IMG/VR virus record: IMGVR_UViG_3300044912_000278
Length of the DNA stretch: 64,000 nucleotides
DNA from: an uncultured virus (IMG/VR IMGVR_UViG_3300044912_000278)
Taxonomy: Duplodnaviria > Heunggongvirae > Uroviricota > Caudoviricetes
Direction: 5' to 3' (one strand)
The notes beneath the pieces are model-generated. The model made no database searches. It had not been told where the DNA came from and saw only the letters and a list, made by a program, of their open reading frames with translations. Positions 51,901 through 59,813 of this stretch are shown here, one piece after another (position 1 is the first letter of the stretch; each line of letters opens with the position of its first letter). A program made the translations under genes and the position numbers.

Positions 51901-54108
51901 TTAGCTGAAAGTAAAACTGTTACTATAGGTGTAACCACTACTAGTTTTAAAGCAACAGACTCTATTACGCTTGAACTGTGGAGTGTATCAACTAGTTCAA
52001 CTACTAATCCAAAAGCTACATTAAAAACCAATTTTACACAATCTATTACTGTGCCAGTTGGATCTGACCCGGTACTTTTAATTGGTAAGATTAATGTTGT
52101 TCTAACAAATAATAAAGGAACGGTAACGCTAACATCAATTGCTAATTTTAAAAGAATTGGCAGCAGTAAATTTTATATAAAAACAGGACCTAGTATCGTT
52201 TCTCCGGCACAAAGTGCGGATATTGTAATAGCCCCAACTGCTGGTGTTAGTACGCCTGATACTGAAGAAAAAGCAGCAATTGACATGGCGGCGCTAGAAG
52301 CTTCAACTTCTGCTAACAAAATAACTGATATTACTGTAACTAATAAAACATCAAATCAGATGACGCAAGGTAAAGGTGGCTCGGTTCAATTTACTGTAAC
52401 ACCTCCAGTTAGTACTACAATAACATGGGCTGTGAATAGTATTAGTACAGGAAACGTAGTAAAATATATTACCTCTCCAGCTACTGCTATTACTAATGTT
52501 ACAACTGGAACAATAGAAACTAACGTAACTGGAGAAGGATATTTAGATTTAGCAATTCTTGATAGCGAGTCGCTGGCGGTGGAGGGCACATTTTCTATTA
52601 AACTTACTGCACCTTCTAATGTTGCAAAATCAACTGATCAAATTACAGTTGTTGCTCCACCAAAAGATACCAAAACTGGAACTATTAATAATACTACTAC
52701 TTTTACTAAAGCAGGTGAGTTTGTAATACCTAAAGGAGTAGCGTCAATTAAATTTGAGTTAAAAGGCGGCGGCGGCATGGGCGGCGGCGGCGGGTATGGG
52801 TCCGCAGGCGCATCAGGTAAACCTGGTGATAAGATTGCAGGACTTATGAATATTCCTTCAACTGGAGGCACATTAATAATTAAAGTAATACCTGGCGGTT
52901 TAGGTGCTGCAATTGTGCGGGGGAAGAATGGTACAACACCAGTAGCTGTACAAGGCATATTAGGACGCGGCGGTGCTGGCGGCGATGCAATGGCAATATA
53001 TTGGAAAGGAAGACCATCCTTAGGTAAAGAAACTCCAATTGCTATTGTTGCAGGTGGCGGCGGCGGCGGCGCTGGCGGCTCAAGTACAATAACAATCACA
53101 CCAAGTTCGCCTACTTCTGTTGTTTCTAAATCAACTATAGTTGCTGGGCAAGTTGCTAAGAAAGGCGGAGCCGGCGGCGGCGGCGCGCCAAACGGTACAA
53201 CGTCAACTACTGTTCCATCTGTAACTTCTACAGCTGGCGGCGGCGGCGGTCAATCTTATATGGACTCGGCATATACCGGCGCCGGAGTATTAATTCAGCG
53301 TACAACTGCCGCAGGCGGGGCCGGCGGAGCCGGTGGAGCAAGCATGAATAATACTGCTCCCACAAATGATACCGGTGCTGCAGGTGAAGGCCCGTCGTTG
53401 GTAATAACCCCATTAACATCAACTGCTATCATTGCGCCGTCGATTGGTGATATGTGGGTTGAACAAGGTGGCTATTATGCAGGAATTATAACTGATGCCG
53501 GCGTTGACTATCATTTAATTGTGTCTGGCAGAGCACACAACACTACTGATGCTGGAAATCAATTAGCCGTAGGAAAAGCTGGAAATCAGTCTACTACTAC
53601 ATCGACATCAATGACTAACGGACCGCAAATATTTAAAGAAATGCTAGCAGAAAATGTTAGTACTCCTGGAAAATGGCCAGCTGCAGCGGCGGTTAACGCT
53701 ACTTGGAATACAGGAACTCCGTGGAAAGGTTTTAAAGATTGGTATATACCTTCGCTAACTGAGTTATGGTTAGCGTATTGGACATTTAAACCAAATGCTA
53801 CTAAAAACAACCCTACATACACACATACTGGCGAATATACTTATGTTGCAACGGATGAAACATCGTCGTATTTTACTAAATTTCCAATGACCACCTATAT
53901 TCCTACGGTAACAACACAGCCGTCGATGAAAACAGCAAATCCTGTAAACGATGCATTTTCAACTAAATACTGGTTTACTTCATCAACTACACGTATTCAC
54001 ACTGGCACCTCTTATAAAACGTTATTAAGCCCTAACAACGGTTTAACTATAGTATATCCTATGACCACTGCTCACGCAATTCGAGCAGTACGTAGAATAC
54101 CAGTCTAG
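45916..54108 (+). CDS. Giant 2730-aa fibre/adhesin with tandem Calx-beta/Ig-like repeats, Gly-rich region and C-terminal DUF1566/CLec-like domain
   Basis: Repeated EG....F...T.....LYW...DF...D...EG.E.F units; GGYYAG, DWYIPSLTEL, IRAVRR at the C-terminus. Confidence 0.7.
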   Translation: MATPITALQYNTVQSKIAKILGEGTGDYGYGQIVLSNPISEGDVFTFEMFDSLKTDILSARQHQIGRLIRPPISEVPANGLITAAQFIQYTSTSGLVESNRLVTPPSSQAVREVITSTTLIDPWNNVTTHTVELSFESGAAMRAYFNTGSTIEFSASRAGGGTTTKNTSWTNMLAAVGVVSFKRSATTSTKSAGTANGYTALMAQPSTPIKIFQRTVTDAFKPNYYSITAQLTESLGDEPPAGITFTIEFSDNSTAGLDINVTGTLTSTVRVYRAMGIFTTPDSTMLSFEAPSPTPTIDELQGGTALPTYSLIRTGATQIHEGDNVPASFYVSTFNVDDGTELYWTVSGYGISASDFEDIDSITDVPFTINTNSSLPLNFYAAADYSTEKLERFNLEIRTAPMSTSPVVANISASLQQITDDSRNLAPVAALASYRFISQTITSVKEGFNATFTIAATGITKPVEVTWKIVGILGEVTGTDFSGIASKLTGTFNITSTFTLNLLTLKDAFVEPDDAFQVEIYVMENNALTLKDTSATMSIVDTTVVVPEGSWSVSSNRITSIAEGNTQGVQFTVTTPTSVKNNTKLYWKAVLTSANGVLADADFKNTGGIGIGGTNSSYIFVTNNTATLTRYAANDTFTEGTESFAIEFYMDTSPASNAPFTSDRFVVSSPVVDVTEKDTYTISPPSTITEGNTTGMTYTVTTPYMEKGSLWWFIPTSPTITADDFNAMYGEIPIINSTGTFTIYAKDDGLIEGNETFNVVVRATSVATDAILISSLNSTVIETDVYTIDTQGVASIAEGGTRIDFAITTPKMSSGYVFWTLQSDSGVVDKDDFAEGKTSGQISITNNSGSFYLTALADGKTEGIESFHIVLRTGSITGPIKKISDIITITEVVKYNVNAVTTSITEGVTGTIFNITTPKVADATVLRWEAVAVTGALQTTDFIVTDYAQQATQATSGTVRVMNNKASFIMNARSDSTTEGAESFQVALFDADGNDLNSRSQIITLNEIINFSILTPVVNGSSVTSFDEGTKLALQVYTPKRDKNTPLYWKVVRYSGTITFDAASGAIPPNDFDGAWNGTVYVDGNNHAEIIIGISNDLYSDGVDVFRVEVREVSTSVLPDAVTLPITITDTSGTPAVIVPDAPKVLTITPKVNNAAATSVYEGGTITFEVATANILPARDIYYSIYGGAGLADNDIVGGLNSSVALHVNSSGIVNIPIVINTDVLSEAAELFMLQIILDESTNSPIAISKAVTITDALQYRVSPSKVSVLEGESIKLNFYTPPSAFNTNIRWNIDSVTVGSSSAVTAEDFDVTSASGTLYGTVLIDSIGYGSVTLTPVSNDATEGAEYFTVSLSTTAGAPIALGVPCPQIKIRENIDYSLSVLSTPMDEGGSVRTFTFTTPKMADSTFTYEVIQKSGTVTYSDFEETKTLTSGPIGNSFTTTNNTGTFHLQARSDNFVEGNNDSFVVMIYKNGNPVAITPECPQIYIHETGAYNISVIDNTSTLVPGGVVKYKITTPYYDDATKLYWEILPYQSSVIGVNDFVETKSANALTNYVTLYSNEGYFTLQAASAFNKGNTPFVIQLRTGSATGSIQTLGAACPVVTITPLQVYSISANGNNFAEGQTVRFTINTPVLSAGTTVYWKLVAETTGSPALTATDFYYSMNGATSAPLDATLSKYFTVGSTSVPLLLDIQFTKDSASEVAKSFHLEVSLTDGGALVELNAVNPVVTFTDEAGYVVSCQSTTILANEIATFKVIVPASSAITGLYWAVNASASYFTAASGVVPVPSHPNSTIEISIPVTAAPTLPDAANNSSFTISLRENNLQGLTIAVPNPPTVSLSKGFVLTGTTNLTAGDNGFTATVQTPIGTKLITWTIASSNILETELTIGKKSDTVVPDLVTGIATLPLISVVGRSATVAASAIKKDFILSIDDANGVNKTKSSNITVTYPEVKVVTTTPPTTTPPTTTPPPTTIVIDPPKTVVFDPPSFGTGAVALAESKTVTIGVTTTSFKATDSITLELWSVSTSSTTNPKATLKTNFTQSITVPVGSDPVLLIGKINVVLTNNKGTVTLTSIANFKRIGSSKFYIKTGPSIVSPAQSADIVIAPTAGVSTPDTEEKAAIDMAALEASTSANKITDITVTNKTSNQMTQGKGGSVQFTVTPPVSTTITWAVNSISTGNVVKYITSPATAITNVTTGTIETNVTGEGYLDLAILDSESLAVEGTFSIKLTAPSNVAKSTDQITVVAPPKDTKTGTINNTTTFTKAGEFVIPKGVASIKFELKGGGGMGGGGGYGSAGASGKPGDKIAGLMNIPSTGGTLIIKVIPGGLGAAIVRGKNGTTPVAVQGILGRGGAGGDAMAIYWKGRPSLGKETPIAIVAGGGGGGAGGSSTITITPSSPTSVVSKSTIVAGQVAKKGGAGGGGAPNGTTSTTVPSVTSTAGGGGGQSYMDSAYTGAGVLIQRTTAAGGAGGAGGASMNNTAPTNDTGAAGEGPSLVITPLTSTAIIAPSIGDMWVEQGGYYAGIITDAGVDYHLIVSGRAHNTTDAGNQLAVGKAGNQSTTTSTSMTNGPQIFKEMLAENVSTPGKWPAAAAVNATWNTGTPWKGFKDWYIPSLTELWLAYWTFKPNATKNNPTYTHTGEYTYVATDETSSYFTKFPMTTYIPTVTTQPSMKTANPVNDAFSTKYWFTSSTTRIHTGTSYKTLLSPNNGLTIVYPMTTAHAIRAVRRIPV
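51781..51834 (+). repeat. 15-bp tandem repeat x3 plus partial (TTTPP linker)
   Basis: acaaccacaccacca at 51781, 51796 and 51811. Confidence 0.95.
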
Positions 54109-54133
54109 CAATTAGTAAAAAGTAGTACAAATG

Positions 54134-54160
54134 AAAAAGCCAGCATATGCTGGCTTTTTT
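54134..54160. terminator. Bidirectional intrinsic terminator
   Basis: Perfect palindrome aaaaagccagcatatgctggcttttt between convergent operons. Confidence 0.9.
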
Positions 54161-54164
54161 ATGA

Positions 54165-54944
54165 TTAGTGTTTGTAAAAATTAAAAAAGTGTCGATGCCA
54201 TTTAAGTTTTTTAGGTTCAACAATTTCTTCTTTAATAGGTTCTAAAAGTTGTTTCACAACAGGTTCTTCCTTGTAAACAAAGTCATTTACCATTGGAAAT
54301 ACTGCGCTAATTGCTTGCGCACACGCTACTGCAACTTGTTTGTGTTCAAGCTGTGTATCCACGTTACTGCGCACTTGTATGTAGTGAATCCATGAGCGCA
54401 ACGTCCCGTTAACATACACACGACTCTTAGTATTACCCTCTGGAAGAACGACACGAGCTTGCTCTTTAGCAATGCCCTTGCTAATTGCCCATTCGTATTG
54501 TGCTTTTGCTGAATTAATATGAGCTTCCTGTCTTAGATGCCATTCATTATTAATTGCCTCTTCTTCAGGAGTATTAATTGTAATTGAATTTTGACGATTT
54601 TTAGGATCTTGGAACCGTGCTTCACGTATTTCAAAAGACAAGTCATCAGTTGGATCTGCATAACGTTGACTAAACTCTTGGAATCTAAATGATGCATGCC
54701 GTAGTAATTGACGTGCAATATCGCGGGTAGTATTAATTTCTAAACATACATTAACCATTTCAAGTGGTGACCAATGTTTATGTTTAATTAGGTAGTTGAT
54801 TAGTTTGTCTGAAGTTTCTGTATTAAATTGATTAGATGGATTACTTACTCTAGCACAAAATGCAATAAGTTCTTGTGCATCGTTAATCCCTAAATCAGCA
54901 AATTCTTTAGTTGGTTGTGAGTACGATACTAATTTAATATTCAT
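54165..54944 (-). CDS. thyX: Flavin-dependent thymidylate synthase
   Basis: ARVSNP, HWSPLE, RQLLRH.SF.FQEFSQRY, EQARVVLP, TQLEH. Confidence 0.95.
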   Translation of the reverse strand: MNIKLVSYSQPTKEFADLGINDAQELIAFCARVSNPSNQFNTETSDKLINYLIKHKHWSPLEMVNVCLEINTTRDIARQLLRHASFRFQEFSQRYADPTDDLSFEIREARFQDPKNRQNSITINTPEEEAINNEWHLRQEAHINSAKAQYEWAISKGIAKEQARVVLPEGNTKSRVYVNGTLRSWIHYIQVRSNVDTQLEHKQVAVACAQAISAVFPMVNDFVYKEEPVVKQLLEPIKEEIVEPKKLKWHRHFFNFYKH

Positions 54945-55261
54945 AGTTTTATTTTTTTTAAAAATTTATTAGTTGATTTTTCAATATCTCTTTTAACGTG
55001 AATAGCATCAAGTTTAAAATCAATATCATAAATGTGATCTTCATATGATAGTAGTAGTTCAGCTAATGTCAGTTGAAAATTATCCCAACCATCTTTTTTT
55101 AGTTGTGATGTTAATTTTATTTCCCAAGACTTTGTATCTTTAAAATTAATAACAACTGACTGTACATAATGAAGAGGTAACACATTGAGTGTTACCTCTT
55201 CAAATACTTCCGGCCAGTGAGCAATTACTTCTTTAGGAAGTAATTTCTTTCGTAGCGTCAA
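54941..55261 (-). CDS. Hypothetical protein
   Basis: 106-aa ORF (HWPEVF motif) overlapping both neighbours. Confidence 0.7.
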   Translation of the reverse strand: MTLRKKLLPKEVIAHWPEVFEEVTLNVLPLHYVQSVVINFKDTKSWEIKLTSQLKKDGWDNFQLTLAELLLSYEDHIYDIDFKLDAIHVKRDIEKSTNKFLKKIKL

Positions 55262-55844
55262 TCTTAGCCTTTTTAGCTGTTGGAACTAATTCCTCAGCCT
55301 GTCTACGTAACGACGCAGCATCTTTTGATAATCTGTCTGCTTCAGAACGAAAATGTTTAGCTTGTTGCTCGGGAGTCAATGGTATAGCCGGTTCTGCTTT
55401 AACTGGTTCTGGTGCTATTACTTTTTCAGTAACGCTTGCAGTTTCTGTCTGTACTGGCGACTTAAGAGATAAGTCATCAACTGCTAACCCACGACTTTCT
55501 GCAATAGTTTGATTAAGTTCTGATAATAAAATTGTATATGCATTTGTTGGCATCATTTCAATTTGATCAGTTGATGCTTTTACTAACTTACCTTGGGTAT
55601 GCAATGCTGCTAGCATAATACTACCATCTGGAAAATTAGTACGAGCCATTGCTTCGGCAAACTCATACGATGATTGTCCTGCATTGCTTTCAACTAAACT
55701 AATTAGTGCATCATGATAACTATCAGGTAAGCTTTCGGTGGGTACAATTAAACAATTGTATGCATCACCGGGCAGTGTACGATATGCAACTATACACTTT
55801 TTACCAGTAGTAATAACTCTACCGACGTGTTTAAGTTCCGCCAT
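55233..55844 (-). CDS. Hypothetical protein
   Basis: 203 aa, coupled to upstream ORF. Confidence 0.8.
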   Translation of the reverse strand: MAELKHVGRVITTGKKCIVAYRTLPGDAYNCLIVPTESLPDSYHDALISLVESNAGQSSYEFAEAMARTNFPDGSIMLAALHTQGKLVKASTDQIEMMPTNAYTILLSELNQTIAESRGLAVDDLSLKSPVQTETASVTEKVIAPEPVKAEPAIPLTPEQQAKHFRSEADRLSKDAASLRRQAEELVPTAKKAKIDATKEITS

Positions 55845-56086
55845 TATTGCGTACCAGCAGCTTCAGCTTGTTTTGCAATAGTAGTTAAAAATGTATCTAA
55901 TTTAGTATATGTTTGACCAACTGCTACCATTTCAGATGGTTTAAACGCACCGCGTGAGCTAGCAATATCAATGATTGTTTTTAACGCAGTTAAATCATTA
56001 ACAGTAAGATCTGCAGATTGATCTTGATTTACTTGTTCTGCACTAGCTTCTGGTTGTGTTTCGGTTGTTTGTACATTGTCTGTCAT
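55844..56086 (-). CDS. Hypothetical protein
   Basis: 80 aa with SD AAGGA. Confidence 0.8.
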   Translation of the reverse strand: MTDNVQTTETQPEASAEQVNQDQSADLTVNDLTALKTIIDIASSRGAFKPSEMVAVGQTYTKLDTFLTTIAKQAEAAGTQ

Positions 56087-56118
56087 AATATTTCCTTTTG
56101 TTAAGTTTATGTAATTAA

Positions 56119-56406
56119 TTATCTTGAATTTAAATCAGGGCACGCAATTGTGAAAAAACTAAGTTCTTTTTCAGATTCAAACCCGATTGTAATATTATAT
56201 ACGATTGTGTTATTTGCATCTAGCGAAATACCTTTTCCTATATAATATCGACTATTTAAATGTTTTATGATCCATGTATTAATAGAATCGATCAATTCTG
56301 TTCGATATCTATTAACTGTTATATATTCAAAATGCGGACATGCAAAATCTACGCGCCGCATTTTAAAGTAATCTAATGGATTTGCCTTTCCATTTTTTAA
56401 TGCCAT
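56119..56406 (-). CDS. Hypothetical protein
   Basis: 95 aa abutting the VWA gene. Confidence 0.75.
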   Translation of the reverse strand: MALKNGKANPLDYFKMRRVDFACPHFEYITVNRYRTELIDSINTWIIKHLNSRYYIGKGISLDANNTIVYNITIGFESEKELSFFTIACPDLNSR

Positions 56407-57588
56407 TTATGCAGGTTCCGTTGCAAAATCGTAATACGCGTATTCACCCCATGGCGGAACAATTGTAGTAGTGCCATGAATAATAAACACCGTATCACAG
56501 TATGTTTCATCTCCCCATGATCCAAATGGATAACCATCTGTAAACATAATGAACTTTTTAGGATTGATGTCATGTTCTTTCATATATTCCCAGTTTGCAT
56601 CAAAGTCAGTACCACCACCGCCTTTTACTTCGTAATGATCAAACTCGTCCATTGAGAATCCATCAAACTCTTGTTCATTATATACCTGTGTATCAAAACA
56701 CCATAGCTTAATTTTGAAATCTTGATATTCTTGCATAATACCTTTAATTTCACTTAAGAAGTCAGATGCTTGTGTGTCACTAATAGAACCTGACATATCA
56801 ATTGCAATACAAATATCGATTGTTTCAGAAAAGTTAGTGCCTGGTAAAATTGCATTCATGTGCCAACCTTTTCTATTTGGTCTCATGAATGAAAAATCAT
56901 GTTTTATAGTACTTTGAATCTGCTGACGTAAAATTTCACGCCAGTTCATTTTTGGTTCAGTAAGTTCCTTAATAAGTCGAGCAACATTTGCAGGAGTGTT
57001 TCCTGCACCTGCAGCTTGTGCTGCACTCATAGTAGCTTCACGAATCTCGTCACGAATCTTTTTTAATTCGTCTTTTGTATATTGCGGACGATTAGAACCA
57101 TTCGGATTGCTTTCCCAATCAACGTGTTCATCGAGCATTTGCCCAATTTCATCAAGTTGTTGCTCGTCCATTTCATCCATTAATTTATCATAAATTTCTT
57201 CTGACCCCATACCATAATATGCAGGATCATGATACATTTTAATAGTTGGAATTGGATCACCGATTTTATCTCGAACTAATTGACCGTTAACATTATAATC
57301 GCATGCAATGTTAAACACTTTAGGTTTACGACCATCACGTCTTGACATGTGATCAAATACATTATGTAGGATCTCATGCCCAATAACAAATTCAATTTGT
57401 TTTATTGATAGTGGCTCAAAAAAATCACGATTATAAAAGATATGACGACCATCTGTTGCTGCAGTTGGACACCAATCTGATCCATCTACAATTTTTAAAC
57501 GAGTAGCCATATTTCCAAAAAATGGGTGGCGTAACAACAAACCTACGCGAGCTACGATAATTTTATCAACAATTGAATCTAAAGACAT
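56407..57588 (-). CDS. Metallopeptidase-like (HEXXH) plus VWA domain protein (DUF2201-like)
   Basis: TAATDG, HEILH, MIDAS motif DMSGS, GGGGTDF, FTDG. Confidence 0.88.
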   Translation of the reverse strand: MSLDSIVDKIIVARVGLLLRHPFFGNMATRLKIVDGSDWCPTAATDGRHIFYNRDFFEPLSIKQIEFVIGHEILHNVFDHMSRRDGRKPKVFNIACDYNVNGQLVRDKIGDPIPTIKMYHDPAYYGMGSEEIYDKLMDEMDEQQLDEIGQMLDEHVDWESNPNGSNRPQYTKDELKKIRDEIREATMSAAQAAGAGNTPANVARLIKELTEPKMNWREILRQQIQSTIKHDFSFMRPNRKGWHMNAILPGTNFSETIDICIAIDMSGSISDTQASDFLSEIKGIMQEYQDFKIKLWCFDTQVYNEQEFDGFSMDEFDHYEVKGGGGTDFDANWEYMKEHDINPKKFIMFTDGYPFGSWGDETYCDTVFIIHGTTTIVPPWGEYAYYDFATEPA

Positions 57589-57619
57589 GAATTACTCCTT
57601 ATAGTTATATAGTGCGTAA

Positions 57620-57648
57620 AGTATAACACCGCCTTGCGGCGGTGTCAA
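57620..57648 (-). promoter_or_regulatory. Sigma70 promoter TTGACA-N17-TATACT whose spacer is a GNRA-capped hairpin
   Basis: Minus strand ttgacaccgccgcaaggcggtgttatact. Confidence 0.75.
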
Positions 57649-57661
57649 CTGTTTTTTAATA

Positions 57662-58750
57662 TTATTGACCGCTAGCGGCAGTAATATATTTGCCATATTT
57701 ACCGTGGAACTCATCAAAACAACTAATTTCTTCTGGATCAAGCGGTAATTTGTATGAGCATAATGCAAGTTTAGTACCCATAATTGCAATTTCTGTTTCG
57801 AAATTGTTCATCATAAATAAGAAATAATTATTAACTTGCTCGTTCCAATTAGGCACCTTTTTTCTAGCAGATTCTTTTAATTCGTAACATAAACTAATTG
57901 TTAACGAGTACATTGCTGAAATCTCTTTTGTTTCACAAGTAGTTACTTTACCATTTAATACTGCAGTCGGATTAGGTAGTTTACTTGAAAACTGTCTGTG
58001 AGCCATAAATTTAATAGCTAAGCCTTCACCAATTGAACCAGCAACTAAATCTGATAATGTATCTGCGTCAGTATCGTTATCGTTAATTAACTCACTTACA
58101 AAGCTCCATGATCTAGGTGTAGCAAATGCACGTGAACTTGATTTAGAATCAAAAGTATAAAGATCGCTTTTGCATGAAGTTAAAAATCCAATTACATCTG
58201 GATGAACTGCATTGTCAGTTGCCCAATCAAAGTAATCATCCCAATCAACTGCCATTTCTAAGTGAATAAATCTATTAGCTAATGGCGCAGGCATACGATA
58301 TGTAACACCTTTGTCTGTTTCTCTGTTACCAGCAGCAACAATAACAACGTTATCAGGTAACTCGTATTGTCCTACACGACGATTTAAAATAAGCTGATAA
58401 GCAGCAGCCTGTACACTCGGAGCAGCAGAATTCATCTCATCTAAAAACAAAATAACAGTTTTAAATTGTGATGCAAACGCATTGCTTGGTAATTCTGACG
58501 GTGGAGCCCATACCATTGTTTGGTCTACTGAATCAAAGTACGGAATACCTTTAATATCAGTTGGTTCCCATAAACTTAATCGAACATCGATAACATGTGC
58601 ATCTAATTCACTACCTAGCTGTTTAATAATATCTGATTTACCAATGCCTGGAGGTCCCCATAAAAAGATTGGACGTTTGCTGCTGAATGCTTTGCGTAAA
58701 GATTTTTTAGCTGATTTTGGTCCAACTGTACGTGATACGATGTTGCTCAT
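57662..58750 (-). CDS. MoxR-like AAA+ ATPase
   Basis: GPPGIGKS, LFLDE, AAGN, LANRF; adjacent to the VWA partner. Confidence 0.9.
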   Translation of the reverse strand: MSNIVSRTVGPKSAKKSLRKAFSSKRPIFLWGPPGIGKSDIIKQLGSELDAHVIDVRLSLWEPTDIKGIPYFDSVDQTMVWAPPSELPSNAFASQFKTVILFLDEMNSAAPSVQAAAYQLILNRRVGQYELPDNVVIVAAGNRETDKGVTYRMPAPLANRFIHLEMAVDWDDYFDWATDNAVHPDVIGFLTSCKSDLYTFDSKSSSRAFATPRSWSFVSELINDNDTDADTLSDLVAGSIGEGLAIKFMAHRQFSSKLPNPTAVLNGKVTTCETKEISAMYSLTISLCYELKESARKKVPNWNEQVNNYFLFMMNNFETEIAIMGTKLALCSYKLPLDPEEISCFDEFHGKYGKYITAASGQ

Positions 58751-58835
58751 AAATTAATACCTCATAGGTTATATAAAAAAGAAAAGTTAATAACTTGTGT
58801 AGCTAATGTTGTGTTGCTAACAAACTATGTAGCAT

Positions 58836-58863
58836 ATTATACAGCTTTTTTTGTAAGTGTCAA
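58836..58863 (-). promoter_or_regulatory. Sigma70 promoter TTGACA-N16-TATAAT
   Basis: Plus strand attata 58836-41, tgtcaa 58858-63; upstream of the ATPase. Confidence 0.8.
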
Positions 58864-58870
58864 GTATTTT

Positions 58871-59260
58871 TTATAAGTTATCTTGCCGTGCTTTCATTGC
58901 TTTAACAAGTCCGTATCTGCGAATATCGTCTGAGAAGAAATATAGTTCAACGCATTTTCGTTCGTCAAATACGGTTATGCTTTTATATGTAAGATAATAC
59001 GGGCAATCAAGATATCGTTCTAAAAATATAATTGTTTGCGGGCTTATTTCAATAGTATCAGTAAACGGGACTTCATATGATTTTAATTCTAACGTAGACG
59101 TTAAAAACTCAAAGCCACACTCACTTAACCGATATGCAGTTTGTTTACCAACACGAGATGATTGCCACCATTTACGTGAAAATAATAATACGTTAGTGTC
59201 ATCCGAACTTTTACCCCATTGATCTAAAAATATTTTTGTTAATGTATCTCTAGGAATCAT
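58871..59260 (-). CDS. Hypothetical protein
   Basis: 129 aa, ATGA overlap with upstream ORF. Confidence 0.8.
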   Translation of the reverse strand: MIPRDTLTKIFLDQWGKSSDDTNVLLFSRKWWQSSRVGKQTAYRLSECGFEFLTSTLELKSYEVPFTDTIEISPQTIIFLERYLDCPYYLTYKSITVFDERKCVELYFFSDDIRRYGLVKAMKARQDNL

Positions 59261-59532
59261 CGCACAGTAACTCCGTTAGTTAGCTTTACAACAGTGAAGT
59301 CACTGCAATTAAATTCACTATTTAGCTTAGTAGCTAAGTTGTGTGCATGTCCTGGATTCGAAAATGAAGATTTTTTATATTTAGATCCAACTGGTAAGGT
59401 GGTGCTTTTTAAATTAAATGGTTCATCTTTATAAACAACTGCCCAAATTGCGTCGGCTTCTAAAATTTGATCTAATTGTCCGGTATTTGGATCATAATGT
59501 TCTACTAATACACGCGGTTTTGGTCTTGCCAT
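59257..59532 (-). CDS. Hypothetical protein
   Basis: 91 aa, SD GGAGG; ATAAATA at 59556-62. Confidence 0.8.
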   Translation of the reverse strand: MARPKPRVLVEHYDPNTGQLDQILEADAIWAVVYKDEPFNLKSTTLPVGSKYKKSSFSNPGHAHNLATKLNSEFNCSDFTVVKLTNGVTVR

Positions 59533-59564
59533 ACGGTCCTCCTATTAACTACGTGTATTTATCG

Positions 59565-59813
59565 TTAATTAGTCTCGCTAAAATTTCCACCATCTAGTTG
59601 AATAGTAACAGTCTCATTAGTTGAATTAGTAGATAAAGATTCAACTAATGCAGAATAGTCTTGATTAAGCTGATCTAAAATTTCAGTTAGTGCTAAATTA
59701 AGTAGTCTAGCTTGCTGAATTGGCATTTTAACTTCTTTTTGTTGACTCAATTCGGTTGCACGTAATAGCTGTGCAAATTGGGTAATTGGACTTAAATTAA
59801 TTGAATTTTGCAT
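59565..59813 (-). CDS. Hypothetical protein
   Basis: 82 aa, co-oriented. Confidence 0.75.
   Translation of the reverse strand: MQNSINLSPITQFAQLLRATELSQQKEVKMPIQQARLLNLALTEILDQLNQDYSALVESLSTNSTNETVTIQLDGGNFSETN

Noticed and set aside
46590..53822. Many short minus-strand ORFs inside the giant fibre gene
   Set aside because: Antisense shadows of a Thr/Val/Gly-rich coding strand
57592..57789. 65-aa minus ORF across the ATPase-VWA junction
   Set aside because: Overlaps the ATPase out of frame and spans the promoter hairpin; no independent support
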